The notes below the pieces were generated by a model. That model saw only the letters and a program-made list of their open reading frames with translations, was not told the DNA's origin and searched no databases. DNA of 63,951 nt, filler included. It is 7 parts of 7 records of this genome, joined end to end, with 100 filler letters (N's around TTAATTAATTAA, not from the genome) between each part and the next. Parts side by side here need not be neighbours in the genome. Positions count along the whole stretch, not along the records: positions 19,205 to 32,759 come from SRR20825006_2300; 6 more parts are not named here. One strand, written 5' to 3'. Every line of letters begins with the position of its first letter. Position 1 is the stretch's first letter. This document shows positions 19,105 through 30,255 of the stretch, piece by piece. The translations under genes were made by a program, and so were the position numbers.

Positions 19105-19204
19105 NNNNNNNNNNNNNNNNNNNNNNNNNNNNNNNNNNNNNNNNNNNNTTAATTAATTAANNNNNNNNNNNNNNNNNNNNNNNNNNNNNNNNNNNNNNNN
19201 NNNN
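19105..19204. other. Artificial contig linker
   Basis: N-TTAATTAATTAA-N. Confidence 0.98.
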
Positions 19205-19252
19205 TACCTGTCACAAAAGTCGGTTTTGCTTGGCATCTTACAATTTGTGAAA

Positions 19253-19329
19253 TGGTGCACCCGAGAGGATTCGAACCTCTGACCCCCTGATTCGTAGTCA
19301 GGTACTCTATCCAGCTGAGCTACGGGTGC
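19253..19329 (-). tRNA. tRNA-Arg(ACG)
   Basis: GCACCCGTAGCTCAGCTGGATAGAGTACCTGACTACGAATCAGGGGGTCAGAGGTTCGAATCCTCTCGGGTGCACCA; 77 nt with CCA. Confidence 0.95.
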
Positions 19330-19404
19330 ACTGTGAGGGCGGATTTAGCGAGTGTTGCGGGGGGACGCAAGAGGCCAATGCGCTTTTTTGAAAACTTATT
19401 TGGC

Positions 19405-20856
19405 TTACTCTGCGGCCTCGGCGGTTTCGGCATCGGGCGCTTTCGCATCAGAGGGCGATTGTGCGTAGCCTTTTGGGAGATGGATGGCAAAGGCCGTCCC
19501 CGACGTGTCGCTGCGTTCCAGTAAGAGCCGCCCACCGTGACCACGCACCAGTTCGGCGGCAATCGCCAGGCCAAGCCCAAAGCCGCCCTTGCGTGCGCCG
19601 CCATGGAACGGCTGGAACAAGTGTTCACGCGCCTTCATCGGCAGGCCCGGCCCGGTGTCCGTGACACTCAGCACCCATTCGTCATCATCCTCAAAGGCCG
19701 CCACGGAGATTTCGCCGGGCTTGCCCGTGGCGATAATTGCCTGACGGGCATTGCGCACAAGGTTTGAGAGCACGCGATACATTTGTTCGGTGTCCGCGCG
19801 GATGACCATGGTGTTGGGCACGTCTTCGGCAAAGGACAGATCGAAATCCTCAATGGTCAGCCGTTCGCCTTCAATCACCTCCCCCACCAATTCGGCCAGA
19901 CGCACACCCGCCAGCGCCGGGGCCGGTTCTTCGGCCTTGCCAAAGGCCAAGGTGGATTCGCACAGGTTGACGGCACGTTGGATCGAGTTCACCAGCTTGG
20001 GCGCAGAGCGCATCACGCCGGGATCTTGCGACATTTCAAGCCGGTCGGTGAACAACTGTGCCGTGGTCAAAATATTGCGCAGATCGTGGGACACTTTGGC
20101 CACCGCTCCGCCCAATTGCGCCAGACGTTCCTTTTGGCGCAGCGCAGAGGTCAGTTCGGTTTCCATCGCCTTCAACGCCACTTCCGCCTCGCGCAATTCA
20201 GAAACTTTGGCGGAGGGTTGAATGATCCGGCGGGCGTCTTCGGGCGCTTGGGTGTAGGAGGTCATCGCCCCGATCACCCGTTTGATTGGTCGCACCAAAA
20301 GCGCCCGCACGGCCAGGAACAACAAAAAGGCGGTGAAAAACGAAATCGCGGCAGAGAGGGCAAGAATACGCACGCCGTAGTCGATCATCGCGACGCGTAA
20401 AGGGGCTGTGGGCAGCGTCACCTCGATCAAAAGCCCGGCTTGTTTGACCGGATCGCCAATCACCCGGATCACCCGTTCTTCGGGATCAAACAGGGTGATC
20501 ATCGCGTCCCGGATCAGTTCAAACGCCCCAGCCTCGCGCAGATCATAGGTGGCGTGGATTTGTTCGGGGATCGGGGAGGAGAGCACAAGCTGGCGGATTT
20601 CATTGCGGCGCAGCACAACGTTATAAACACCCGCATTGGCCAGAAGTTCGTCTTCGAGGTCCATATCGAGGCTGTCATTGGCCAAAAGCGCCAGAGAGGC
20701 AATTTGGGCGCGCTCCAGCCGGGACAAGAGGAAATCTTCGCGAAACCGCGCCACCGAGGGCACAAAGATCATGACCTCTGCCGCCATCACAAAGATGAAC
20801 GTCAGCATCAGGAACCGCCCGGTCAGCGAGTTTAGAAATCGAAGAATGGTCATCAT
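19405..20856 (-). CDS. HAMP-domain sensor histidine kinase
   Basis: Two TM segments, VSHDLRNIL H-box, NLVRNA, DTGPG, GFGLGLAI. Confidence 0.9.
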   Translation of the reverse strand: MMTILRFLNSLTGRFLMLTFIFVMAAEVMIFVPSVARFREDFLLSRLERAQIASLALLANDSLDMDLEDELLANAGVYNVVLRRNEIRQLVLSSPIPEQIHATYDLREAGAFELIRDAMITLFDPEERVIRVIGDPVKQAGLLIEVTLPTAPLRVAMIDYGVRILALSAAISFFTAFLLFLAVRALLVRPIKRVIGAMTSYTQAPEDARRIIQPSAKVSELREAEVALKAMETELTSALRQKERLAQLGGAVAKVSHDLRNILTTAQLFTDRLEMSQDPGVMRSAPKLVNSIQRAVNLCESTLAFGKAEEPAPALAGVRLAELVGEVIEGERLTIEDFDLSFAEDVPNTMVIRADTEQMYRVLSNLVRNARQAIIATGKPGEISVAAFEDDDEWVLSVTDTGPGLPMKAREHLFQPFHGGARKGGFGLGLAIAAELVRGHGGRLLLERSDTSGTAFAIHLPKGYAQSPSDAKAPDAETAEAAE

Positions 20857-20873
20857 CCCTTATTAGACGCGGC

Positions 20874-22247
20874 TCACGGCAGGAGCCGTTGAACCAGTTT
20901 CACCACTGTTTTGACCTTGGCATTGTCAAACAGTCTGGGAGTAAAATAGGCACTTGCCGCGCGTTTGTTAAGCTCTGCCAATGTGGGATAAGGCGCGACC
21001 ATGCCCGCAATTTTGCTCATCTTGAGATTTGCGGCGATCGCAAGCGACCAAAGCGAGATCAGCTCACCCGCATCAGGGCCGACAATAGTGACACCCACGG
21101 GACGGCTTTTGACCACCATCAGCTTGATGAACCCGCGCCCTGCCCGCTCGGTCGCAATGGCGCGATCATTGCCCGCGTAGTCCGCGCGCAACACCTCAAG
21201 CGCCTCACCATGGGTCTTGCGTGCCGCCGCCTCTGTCAGGCCAATTTGCGCCAGTTCGGGTGAGGTGTATGTGACATAGGGAATATGATGGGTTGCGGCT
21301 TTCGCCGGCAGGCCAAAGAGCAGCGACCGGATCACCACCCCGGCCTGATAGCCCGCCACATGGGTGAATTGCGGCGTGCCCGAGCCCACATCGCCAATGG
21401 CGTAGACCCGCCGATTGGAGGTGCGCAGATGGGCATTCACTTTGATGCCTCCACGATTGCGATCCACATCGGCATGTTCCAGCGACAGGGATTCGGAATT
21501 GGCAATGCGCCCGGTGGCAACCAAAAGATGGGAGCCATGACACACGGCGCCCTTCTGCAAGGTCAAAGCCACGCCGCCCGGCTCCGTCGCGACCTTGACC
21601 ACGGTGGAATGCTCAAGGATTTGCACGCCTTCCGCGATCAACGTCTCTTTGACCAGCTTGACGGCCTCGGGGTCATCGCGGCCAAGCACACGACCGGCCT
21701 CCAAAATCGTGACCTTCGCGCCGAAACGCCGATGCGCCAGCGCCATTTCAATCCCAATCGGACCACCGCCCAGGATCACCAAATGTTCCGGCAACGCGGG
21801 TTGCGACCACAGCGTCTCATTGGTGAGGTAAGGAACATCTTCGATGCCTTCAATCGGCGGCACCATAGGACGCGAGCCGGTGGCGATGACAAACCTGCGA
21901 GCCTTGATGCGGTACTCGCCCGCCTCCACCGCATCCGGCGAGGTAAACCGCGCATGGGCCCGGATCACGGTACAGCCCAGCCCCTCAAACCGTTCCTGGC
22001 TGTCATGCGGCGCGATAATGTCGATGGTTTTGTGAACATGGGTGAGCGCGTCGGCATAGCTCATACCCTTCGATGCAGCATGGAGCAGCGCCTTGGACGG
22101 AACACAGCCATAATTGAGGCAATCCCCACCCATCTCGCCTTTTTCAATCAGAACGACCCGCGCCCCCATCTGAACCGCACCTGCCGCAACCGACAGCCCG
22201 CCGGAGCCCGCCCCGATCACGCAGAGGTCTGTTTTGATCTGTTTCAT
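20874..22247 (-). CDS. Dihydrolipoamide dehydrogenase-like FAD-dependent disulfide oxidoreductase
   Basis: GAGSGG, GGDCLNYGCVPSK, GGGPIG, AIGD; no C-terminal Cys pair; start at MKQIK. Confidence 0.85.
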   Translation of the reverse strand: MKQIKTDLCVIGAGSGGLSVAAGAVQMGARVVLIEKGEMGGDCLNYGCVPSKALLHAASKGMSYADALTHVHKTIDIIAPHDSQERFEGLGCTVIRAHARFTSPDAVEAGEYRIKARRFVIATGSRPMVPPIEGIEDVPYLTNETLWSQPALPEHLVILGGGPIGIEMALAHRRFGAKVTILEAGRVLGRDDPEAVKLVKETLIAEGVQILEHSTVVKVATEPGGVALTLQKGAVCHGSHLLVATGRIANSESLSLEHADVDRNRGGIKVNAHLRTSNRRVYAIGDVGSGTPQFTHVAGYQAGVVIRSLLFGLPAKAATHHIPYVTYTSPELAQIGLTEAAARKTHGEALEVLRADYAGNDRAIATERAGRGFIKLMVVKSRPVGVTIVGPDAGELISLWSLAIAANLKMSKIAGMVAPYPTLAELNKRAASAYFTPRLFDNAKVKTVVKLVQRLLP

Positions 22248-23017
22248 AATGGCTCCTTGCGTCGTGCTTTGATCAGCATAGGCGCGATTGAGAGCAAACA
22301 CAGACCCAGAATCGGCAGGAGGATTTTCGGTTCAAACAAAACGCTCAGATCAGGCCGACCGCCTTGATCGAACACCTCGCCCAATCCTGCCCCCACAGAG
22401 GTCAGAATGAGAGCGCCGGGAATGATGCCAAGGGCGGTGGAAATCACAAAGCGATGAAAGGCCACGCCGAACAGGGCCGGCAAAAGATTGGCGACGAAAA
22501 ACGGCACCACCGGCATGAAGCGCATCAGGAACAGCATCGACCATTGGTTTTTGTCGATGCCTTGCTTGATCTTGTGAATGCGCCCTTCGGAGGCATCCAA
22601 TTTTGATGCCAACCACTCGCCAAGGCCCCAACGCGCCGCCAGAAACAAAAGCGAGGCCCCCAATGTGGCGCCGGTGATGTTGAAGATCACGCCAGGGAAC
22701 GTGCCAAACAAAAAGCCGCCTGTGAGAGTCGCGACTGTGGCACCCGGAAGGGAAAACCCGACGATCACCGTGTAGGCGGCGACAAATCCCAAGACGGTGA
22801 GCGCATAATGCGCATCGCGCAGCGCGATCAGGCGCATCCGATTCTCCGACAGCGCCTCATAGCTCAAGGCATCACGAAACACATAGGCCAAAGCGAGCGC
22901 CAAACAGAGCAGCACCAGCAGCGGCACAAGATGTTTGCGCTGTGTCGAGGAGGGAGCTTCGGCCAAGATGCAATCCTTTTGGCTATGAATTTGCGCGATT
23001 TCCTGCAAAATGGGCAA
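22244..23017 (-). CDS. TVP38/TMEM64 (DedA-like) membrane protein
   Basis: SLPGATVATLTGGFLFG, LMRFMPVVPFFVANL; start uncertain. Confidence 0.85.
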   Translation of the reverse strand: MPILQEIAQIHSQKDCILAEAPSSTQRKHLVPLLVLLCLALALAYVFRDALSYEALSENRMRLIALRDAHYALTVLGFVAAYTVIVGFSLPGATVATLTGGFLFGTFPGVIFNITGATLGASLLFLAARWGLGEWLASKLDASEGRIHKIKQGIDKNQWSMLFLMRFMPVVPFFVANLLPALFGVAFHRFVISTALGIIPGALILTSVGAGLGEVFDQGGRPDLSVLFEPKILLPILGLCLLSIAPMLIKARRKEPL

Positions 23018-23236
23018 TCAAGCGGCCAGTGACCAGCGTTTTACGCCCGGCTCACGCGGCAGTGATGCCCTGCTCTCAAATTCCCCGACATCGGGGCAGT
23101 TTGTTACAGAAATACGTCGCATGTGAATTGACAAGCGCCCGCTGCCCTCCTATTGGCTGGGCTTCGAAACACTTACCGCCTTCGAATCCCCGTTCTTTGG
23201 GGGTTTGGGCCCTGATCAACCGATGGAGACGGCGCG

Positions 23237-23371
23237 ATGAAACGCACCTACCAACCGAGCAACCTCGTCCGCAAGCGCCGCCATGGCTTCCGTGCCCGTA
23301 TGGCGACCAAAGCTGGCCGTAAAATTCTCAACGCCCGCCGTGCGCGCGGCCGTAAGTCCCTCTGCGCATAA
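23237..23371 (+). CDS. rpmH: 50S ribosomal protein L34
   Basis: Not in the ORF track: [44 protein letters not shown]. Confidence 0.97.
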   Translation: MKRTYQPSNLVRKRRHGFRARMATKAGRKILNARRARGRKSLCA

Positions 23372-23422
23372 GCCTGCGACCGGGACATCCTTGAGAGTTT
23401 AGACTTTTAGGGGCGAGACCAA

Positions 23423-23866
23423 ATGACACCGCCGGACGCACCCAAGGCAGAGGCAAGCGCCACAGCCGCAGGTCCGCGACCGGCGGTTTTGTCATGCGCC
23501 GATGCCAATGCAAAACCTCAGATGGACACGCTGCGCAAACGCGCCGATTTCCTGAAGGCTGCGCGTGCGCGGCGTCAGGGCACGTCGAGCTTTTTGCTTC
23601 AGGGACGCAAACGGGGCGAAGGCGAGACCGCAAGCGGCATTCGCGTCGGCTACACCTGTTCCAAAAAAGTCGGCAACGCGGTGTTTCGCAATCACGCCAA
23701 ACGGCGCCTGCGCGAGGCCGCCCGCCTTGTCATTCCTGAAATGGGACGAGAGGGCTGGGATTATGTGCTGATCGGCAAAAAGGCCGACACCAGCGCACGC
23801 CCGTTTGATCTTTTGCTCAAAGACCTGAAATACGCGATGCGCAAGGTGCACGGAGACACACGATGA
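23423..23866 (+). CDS. rnpA: Ribonuclease P protein component
   Basis: [32 protein letters not shown]; follows rpmH. Confidence 0.93.
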   Translation: MTPPDAPKAEASATAAGPRPAVLSCADANAKPQMDTLRKRADFLKAARARRQGTSSFLLQGRKRGEGETASGIRVGYTCSKKVGNAVFRNHAKRRLREAARLVIPEMGREGWDYVLIGKKADTSARPFDLLLKDLKYAMRKVHGDTR

Positions 23867-24177
23867 CTCCGCTGGCCTATGTCGTGTCCCTCCCCGTGCG
23901 CGCTTACCGGCTTATTTTCAGCCCGTGGATTGGCTACAATTGTCGCTATCAACCGACATGTAGCGCTTATGCGATGGAAGCGCTGGAAAAACACGGCGCA
24001 CTCAAGGGCAGCTATTTGACCATTCGCCGCATTGGCCGATGCCATCCGCTGGGTGGGACCGGCTATGACCCTGTACCGGACCCGAAAAAGCCACACAGCC
24101 ACACCCATTGCCACCACACCCATTGCCACCACGACCACGTCAAACACGATGGCGCCCCAGATAGCACCGAGGAGTGA
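23863..24177 (+). CDS. yidD: Membrane protein insertion efficiency factor with His/Cys-rich tail
   Basis: [28 protein letters not shown]. Confidence 0.92.
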   Translation: MTPLAYVVSLPVRAYRLIFSPWIGYNCRYQPTCSAYAMEALEKHGALKGSYLTIRRIGRCHPLGGTGYDPVPDPKKPHSHTHCHHTHCHHDHVKHDGAPDSTEE

Positions 24178-24183
24178 TCCGCC

Positions 24184-25065
24184 ATGCTCGATGATCTCGA
24201 CGACATTCACCCGCTTTTCCACGGTGCCCCGTCCACGACGGAGTTCAAAAAGCTGCGCAAACGCATCATCCGCAATGTGCGCGAGGCGATTGAGCAATAC
24301 GGCATGGTGGAACGTGGCGCAAAATGGTTGGTCTGCCTGTCCGGCGGCAAGGACAGCTACACGATGCTCGCCGCGCTCTATGAGTTGAAATGGCGTGGCA
24401 TGTTGCCGGTGGAGCTTGTGGCCTGCAATCTGGATCAGGGTCAGCCGGGCTTCCCCGCCACGGTTCTCCCTGAGTTCCTCGAGAAAATGCAGGTGCCGCA
24501 TCGCATCGAGTACCAAGACACCTATTCCATCGTCATGGATAAAGTGCCGGCTGGGCGGACCTTTTGTGCTCTCTGTTCACGCCTGCGTCGCGGCAATCTG
24601 TACCGGATTGCCCGCGAAGAGGGTTGCACCGCTGTGGTGCTGGGCCATCACCGCGATGACATTCTTGAGACGTTTTTTATGAACCTGTTTCATGGAGGCC
24701 GCCTTGCGACCATGCCACCGAAATTGGTCAACGAAGAGGGCGATCTTTTTGTCTATCGCCCGCTGGCCCATGTGGCGGAGGAGGATTGTGAAAAATTCTC
24801 CCGCGCAATGAACTATCCGATCATTCCCTGTGATCTCTGTGGCTCCCAAGACGGGCTTCAGCGCCAGCAGGTCAAACAGATTCTCGACGGTTGGGAAAAG
24901 AACAGCCCCGGACGGCGTCAAGTCATGTTCAAAGCGCTGACCAATATCCGCCCTTCACATATGCTGGACCCGAAATTGTTTGATTTCCTTGGGCTTTCGT
25001 TAACGGATGACGAGAAAATTGGAACAAATCTAGAAAATTCTATGGAAATCCCGAAGCTGCGTTAA
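24184..25065 (+). CDS. ttcA: tRNA 2-thiocytidine(32) synthetase
   Basis: SGGKDS PP-loop, [23 protein letters not shown]. Confidence 0.93.
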   Translation: MLDDLDDIHPLFHGAPSTTEFKKLRKRIIRNVREAIEQYGMVERGAKWLVCLSGGKDSYTMLAALYELKWRGMLPVELVACNLDQGQPGFPATVLPEFLEKMQVPHRIEYQDTYSIVMDKVPAGRTFCALCSRLRRGNLYRIAREEGCTAVVLGHHRDDILETFFMNLFHGGRLATMPPKLVNEEGDLFVYRPLAHVAEEDCEKFSRAMNYPIIPCDLCGSQDGLQRQQVKQILDGWEKNSPGRRQVMFKALTNIRPSHMLDPKLFDFLGLSLTDDEKIGTNLENSMEIPKLR

Positions 25066-25142
25066 CCGCACGGCCACTTTCTTGGCCCAAGGTCCTGAGT
25101 GAGCGCGCCCTTTGCGCCAGACACAAGACCGGGACGACACCA

Positions 25143-26687
25143 ATGCGCCACATCACCGCGAAGCTTCGCCGCCTGCGCGATGCCCTGATGGGGCCTCAAA
25201 CTCTGGCTTTCATGCCGGCCATCTGCCTCAGCGCTTATTGGTTTGGCGGGGAAACTGCTTTGGTGATCGCGGCTTTGCTCATCCCTGCGCTTTTCGCGGC
25301 AATTGGCACACTTCCATCGCTTGCTTCGTCGTTCACCCGCGACCCGACGCAGGCGCGCGACGGTTTGACGGGCTTGCCTCTACGGCCTACCGTCATTGAT
25401 GCCTTGGATCAAATTCTGGACAGCCGGGATGTCACCGGTCGAACCACCGCGTGTTTGGTCATTGATCTTGATGATTATCGCGCATTGGAGGCCAATTGGG
25501 GAGCCGATGCTGCCGACAATATGCTGAAAACGATCGCAAATCGGTTGGTGAACACGCTGCGCGAACATGATGTTGTCGCGCGTTTAGAGGGCGCGCGTTT
25601 CGCCATTGGCCTCGCCCCGGTGCGTCGCGCTGATCTCGAAACCCTGATTCAATTGGCCTCCCGGCTGCAGGCCGCCCTGTCTGAGCCTTACACACTGAAT
25701 GCAACCAAGGTTTATGCAACCTGTTCAATCGGGTTTTGCATGCCAAACCGCGCCCCCGCCTGTTCAGGGCAGGCATTTTTAGATGCAGCAGAGATCGCTT
25801 TATTGGACGCACGTCACAATGGGCCCGGCTCGATTCGCGCCTTCACGCCCTCGCTCACCCCAAAAACACTTGATCGCGGAACGATCCTGGCCGATGTCGG
25901 CGACGCCTTGGAAAATGGTCAAATCGTGCCGTGGTTTCAGCCCCAAATCTCCACCGACACCGGTGAGGTGTCCGGGATGGAGGCTCTGGCACGTTGGCAC
26001 CACCCGGAAAAAGGCATCATCAATCCCGGCGACTTCATTTCGGCAATTGATGAGCTGGGCCTGACTGAGCGCCTGAGCGAGGTCATCCTATACCACTCTC
26101 TCATGTCTTTGAAAACATGGGATAAGGCTGGATTTCATGTGACCTCTGTTGCGGTCAATTTCTCGCCATCCGATCTCGCAAATCCGAAACTGGTGGACAA
26201 GATCCGTTGGGAACTCGATCGGTTTGAACTCGATCCCTCCAGACTGAGCGTTGAAATTTTGGAAAGTGTCATTGCCTCTTCCGATAATGATACCATCACG
26301 CGTAATATTTGGGCTCTGAAGGAAATGGGCTGCGGCATTGACCTTGACGATTATGGCACGGGCCACGCCTCCATCGCCAATATCCGGCGCTTTGCCGTCA
26401 AGCGGATCAAGATTGACCGTTCCTATATCACGCGCTGCGATCTGGATCGCGATCAGCAAAACATGCTTGCCGCCATTCTGACCATGGCCGAACGCCTTGA
26501 ATTGGACACACTTGCCGAGGGGGTTGAGACCGTTGGCGAACATGCCATGCTGGCGCAACTTGGCTGTGGTCATGTGCAAGGCTTCTCCATTTCACGACCG
26601 ATGGCGTTTGAAAAAACACTTGAATGGATGGACGTTCATAAACGCAAATTGGCCGAAACGCCCCGGATTGGAAAACGCGCCAGTTGA
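25143..26687 (+). CDS. Degenerate GGDEF + EAL c-di-GMP phosphodiesterase
   Basis: RLEGARF in place of GGDEF; EALARW, DDYGTG, IKIDRS, AEGVET, QGF intact. Confidence 0.88.
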   Translation: MRHITAKLRRLRDALMGPQTLAFMPAICLSAYWFGGETALVIAALLIPALFAAIGTLPSLASSFTRDPTQARDGLTGLPLRPTVIDALDQILDSRDVTGRTTACLVIDLDDYRALEANWGADAADNMLKTIANRLVNTLREHDVVARLEGARFAIGLAPVRRADLETLIQLASRLQAALSEPYTLNATKVYATCSIGFCMPNRAPACSGQAFLDAAEIALLDARHNGPGSIRAFTPSLTPKTLDRGTILADVGDALENGQIVPWFQPQISTDTGEVSGMEALARWHHPEKGIINPGDFISAIDELGLTERLSEVILYHSLMSLKTWDKAGFHVTSVAVNFSPSDLANPKLVDKIRWELDRFELDPSRLSVEILESVIASSDNDTITRNIWALKEMGCGIDLDDYGTGHASIANIRRFAVKRIKIDRSYITRCDLDRDQQNMLAAILTMAERLELDTLAEGVETVGEHAMLAQLGCGHVQGFSISRPMAFEKTLEWMDVHKRKLAETPRIGKRAS

Positions 26688-26792
26688 TCACTTTGCTGCA
26701 TTTTCCAAAAGAAATAGCCAAAACCGCTTGACCTTCCGGCCTTGGACGGGTTGAACCAGCCAAGATTATTTTCCAAAAATCGGGCGGCCTTC

Positions 26793-28631
26793 ATGGACGA
26801 TCAAAACAAGAACCTGATTCTTGCCGTAGTGTTGAGCGGCGCTGTCTTGCTTGGCTGGCAGATTTTCTTCCCAGCTCCCCAACCTGTTGTGGACCCCAAC
26901 GCCCCAGTGGTGACGTCGGTTGATCAGGCTGGTGCGGGATCTGTCGCTCTGACACCACCCAGCGCAGACGCAAGCACCGAGGTGGCAGGTGCGAACAGCG
27001 CAACGGCACAACAAGTGCCAGATGCGCCAAGGATCACCATCGAAACGCCCCGTCTGGAAGGGTCCATTTCACTCGTCGGCGGGCGGATCGACGATCTCTC
27101 CCTCAGAGACTACAAAGTCGCGCTCGACAGTGACGAGATCGTCACCTTGCTTCGCCCGGTCGGGAGCGAGAGCCCCTATTATGCCTTGTATGGCTGGGCA
27201 CCAGGTGGCGCTTTGGACTCCTCTGACGTGCCGGGTGCAAACACCACCTGGTCCGTAGAAAGCGGTGACGTTCTGTCTTTGGATGCCCCCGTCACACTGG
27301 CTTGGGACAACGGCAAGGGGCTGGTTTTCCACCGGAACATCGCCATTGACGAGAACTACATGTTCACGGTCACCCAATCCGTGCAAAACAACGGCGCCAC
27401 TCCGGCCCGCATGGCGGCCAACAACGAAGTTGTGAAAATTGGCAAGCCCGAAGACCTGACCCGGTTGCTCGTCCATGAGGGCGCAATTCGTCAGTCCGGC
27501 AAAGAACTCAAAGAGATCAGCTTCAAAAGCTCGATGCTTAAAACCAAGTTCACCGAATTGGATGCGGACCCGCGTTGGGGCCAGCACGCCGAAATCGTCG
27601 ATGTCGAAAAAGACGGTTGGGTCGGCTTTACCGATCACTACTGGATGACGGTTCTGATCCCAAATTCCAGCGATGCGTTCACCTCCGTCGTGTCCTATCA
27701 GGAAAGCGCCGACGTCTATCGGACCGTTGCACGCTACCCGACAATCGAACTTGCGCCAGGCCAGTCCGTTGAAATCACCTCGCGCTTGTTCTCTGGGGCG
27801 AAAGAATGGGAAACCATCCGCAACTATGAGACCGAAGATGGGGTCTATAAGTTCAGCGACTCGACCGATTGGGGTCTGTTCTTCTTCTTCACCAAGCCGA
27901 TTTTCCGCATTCTTCACGCCCTCAATGGCCTGATTGGCAACATGGGCTGGTCGATCGTTCTGCTGACGCTGATCCTCAAAGGCATCATGTTCCCGCTGGC
28001 CTATAAATCCTACGTCTCCATGGCGCGGATGAAAGAGCTTCAGCCGGAGATGGAAAAGCTCAAAGCCTCCGCAGGCGAGGACAAAGAAAAACTCCAGCGC
28101 GGCATGATGGAGCTCTACAAGACCAACAAGGTGAATCCGGCCTCTGGCTGTTTGCCGCTGATCTTGCAGATCCCTGTGTTCTTCTCGCTCTACAAGGTGA
28201 TCATCGTCACCACCGAATTGCGCCAGGCCCCGTGGATCGGTTGGATCAAAGACCTGTCCGCACCGGACCCAAGTTCGATCCTGAACCTCTTCGGTCTTCT
28301 GCCCTTCGCAGCCCCCGAAGCCGGCACCACCTTTGCGATCATCTCGCTCGGGATCTTGCCGATCATCCTCGGTATCTCGATGTGGCTGCAACAAAAGCTG
28401 AACCCGGCCCCCACAGACGCCTCGCAGGCGATGATCATGGCTTGGATGCCTTGGGTGTTCATGTTCATGCTCGGCAACTTCGCCTCGGGTCTGGTGCTTT
28501 ACTGGATTTGCAACAACACGATCACATTCATACAGCAGTATCTCATCATGCGCAGCCACGGGCACAAACCCGATGTTTTGGGCAACGTGTTACGCTCGCT
28601 GCGGCTTAAGAAAAAGGAGGGGGCGTCCTGA
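26793..28631 (+). CDS. yidC: Membrane protein insertase
   Basis: MDDQNKNLILA, DWGLFFF, GCLPLILQIPVFF, WIKDLSAPDP. Confidence 0.95.
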   Translation: MDDQNKNLILAVVLSGAVLLGWQIFFPAPQPVVDPNAPVVTSVDQAGAGSVALTPPSADASTEVAGANSATAQQVPDAPRITIETPRLEGSISLVGGRIDDLSLRDYKVALDSDEIVTLLRPVGSESPYYALYGWAPGGALDSSDVPGANTTWSVESGDVLSLDAPVTLAWDNGKGLVFHRNIAIDENYMFTVTQSVQNNGATPARMAANNEVVKIGKPEDLTRLLVHEGAIRQSGKELKEISFKSSMLKTKFTELDADPRWGQHAEIVDVEKDGWVGFTDHYWMTVLIPNSSDAFTSVVSYQESADVYRTVARYPTIELAPGQSVEITSRLFSGAKEWETIRNYETEDGVYKFSDSTDWGLFFFFTKPIFRILHALNGLIGNMGWSIVLLTLILKGIMFPLAYKSYVSMARMKELQPEMEKLKASAGEDKEKLQRGMMELYKTNKVNPASGCLPLILQIPVFFSLYKVIIVTTELRQAPWIGWIKDLSAPDPSSILNLFGLLPFAAPEAGTTFAIISLGILPIILGISMWLQQKLNPAPTDASQAMIMAWMPWVFMFMLGNFASGLVLYWICNNTITFIQQYLIMRSHGHKPDVLGNVLRSLRLKKKEGAS

Positions 28632-28649
28632 TAGGGCGTCCCACACCAG

Positions 28650-29297
28650 ATGAACCTAAGTTTCCCCATTGCGGATCCTGACGCGGCGGCCCTTGAAAAG
28701 GGCCGCTTGCTGTTTGCGGCACAGACCGAATTTGTCAAAGGCGTGGTCGCCATGGACGGCATGCCGCCCGATGACCGCCTTGAAGTCTGCTTTGCAGGCC
28801 GCTCAAACGTCGGCAAATCATCCCTGATCAACGCTTTGACCGGGCATAAGGCGCTCGCACGTGCCTCGAACACACCGGGTCGGACACAAGAAATCAACTT
28901 TTTCACCGCCTCAGACAGTCATTACCTCGTCGATCTTCCGGGCTATGGCTATGCCAAAGCCCCGATCCAAACCGTCGAAAAATGGCAACGCCTGCTTAAG
29001 GCCTACCTGTCTGGCCGCGCCACGTTGCGCCGGGCCTTTGTGCTGATCGACAGCCGCCACGGGGTCAAATCCGTGGATGAGGAGATCATGGACCGCCTCG
29101 ACAAATCCGCGGTGACCTTTCAGGTGGTGTTGACCAAAGCCGACAAGGTCAAAGAGGTGGAGCGCGCAGCGATCCTCGAGCAAGTACGCACGGCAGTGGC
29201 AAAACACCCGGCCGCCTACCCGGAACTGATCGTCACCTCCTCGGAAAAGGGCTGGGGCATTGATGTTCTGCGCGCCGTGATCGCAACGCTGGTGTAA
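28650..29297 (+). CDS. engB: Ribosome biogenesis GTP-binding protein YihA/YsxC
   Basis: [21 protein letters not shown]. Confidence 0.93.
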   Translation: MNLSFPIADPDAAALEKGRLLFAAQTEFVKGVVAMDGMPPDDRLEVCFAGRSNVGKSSLINALTGHKALARASNTPGRTQEINFFTASDSHYLVDLPGYGYAKAPIQTVEKWQRLLKAYLSGRATLRRAFVLIDSRHGVKSVDEEIMDRLDKSAVTFQVVLTKADKVKEVERAAILEQVRTAVAKHPAAYPELIVTSSEKGWGIDVLRAVIATLV

Positions 29298-29364
29298 GCG
29301 ACCCTTGCACCCGCGCCCGGGAACGCGATACTCAGGAGCAACCCCTCCAATGGACTCCCGGGAA

Positions 29365-30255
29365 ATGAAGACGCAAGACATGAACAGAGACTGGATCGCA
29401 ACCGCCCGCACATTGTCACAAGCCCTGCCCTATTTGCAGCGCTACGAAGGCGCGACAGTGGTGATCAAACTTGGCGGTCACGCCATGGGGTCTGACGAGG
29501 CGATGGAAAGTTTCGCCCGCGACGTGGTGTTGATGCAGCAGGTTGGCGTCAAACCGGTGATCGTTCATGGCGGCGGCCCGATGATCAACAAACTTTTGGC
29601 CGATCTGAACATCAAATCCGAATTCGTCAACGGCAAGCGCGTGACCGATAAGGCCACCGTTGAGGTCGTCGAAATGGTCCTGTCCGGCCTTGTGAACAAA
29701 CGCATCGTTCAGGCAATCAATAGCCAAGGTGGGCGCGCGGTCGGGATTTCCGGCAAGGACGCGAACCTGATGATTTGCGAACAAACGCATCCCGATTTGG
29801 GCTTTGTCGGCACGCCAGTCAAAATGGACCCCTCGATCATCAAGGAACTTGGCGATGAAAACCTCATTCCGGTGATCGCGCCTGTGGGCGCGGGTCGCGA
29901 CGGCGAGACATTTAACGTCAATGGCGACACCGCCGCCGGCGCCATCGCGGGTGCGCTTAAGGCCGATCGCCTGTTGCTTTTGACCGATGTGTCCGGCGTC
30001 AAAGGCGCGGATGGCAACGTCTTGACCTCGCTCAACTCCGAACAAATTCGCGCCCTCACCGAAGAGGGCATCATCGCCGGTGGCATGATCCCGAAAACCG
30101 AAACCGCGCTGGACGCGTTGAGCGCCGGGGTGCGCGCCGTGGTGATCTTGGACGGGCGCGCACCCAATGCCTGTTTGTTGGAACTTTACACCGAACACGG
30201 TGCGGGTTCGCTTATTCGCGACAGCCAACCCAGCATGAAACCGCACGGCACATAA
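29365..30255 (+). CDS. argB: Acetylglutamate kinase
   Basis: [26 protein letters not shown]. Confidence 0.95.
   Translation: MKTQDMNRDWIATARTLSQALPYLQRYEGATVVIKLGGHAMGSDEAMESFARDVVLMQQVGVKPVIVHGGGPMINKLLADLNIKSEFVNGKRVTDKATVEVVEMVLSGLVNKRIVQAINSQGGRAVGISGKDANLMICEQTHPDLGFVGTPVKMDPSIIKELGDENLIPVIAPVGAGRDGETFNVNGDTAAGAIAGALKADRLLLLTDVSGVKGADGNVLTSLNSEQIRALTEEGIIAGGMIPKTETALDALSAGVRAVVILDGRAPNACLLELYTEHGAGSLIRDSQPSMKPHGT

Noticed and set aside
19053-19329. tRNA-Leu fragment next to tRNA-Arg as a tRNA cluster or double integration site
   Set aside because: They are separated by an artificial linker and belong to different contigs.
20874-22247. Mercuric reductase MerA
   Set aside because: No C-terminal Cys-Cys, no NmerA domain and no mer genes; it is the common DedA-linked disulfide oxidoreductase.
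24184-26687. ttcA and GGDEF/EAL gene interrupting yidD-yidC as an insertion
   Set aside because: As I recall, this order is common in Rhodobacteraceae; no mobility signatures.
27069-30246. Long antisense ORFs (498 aa, 276 aa; also 21285-22367, 18137-18751)
   Set aside because: Shadow frames of GC-rich genes (yidC, argB, oxidoreductase, int) with no recognisable motifs.
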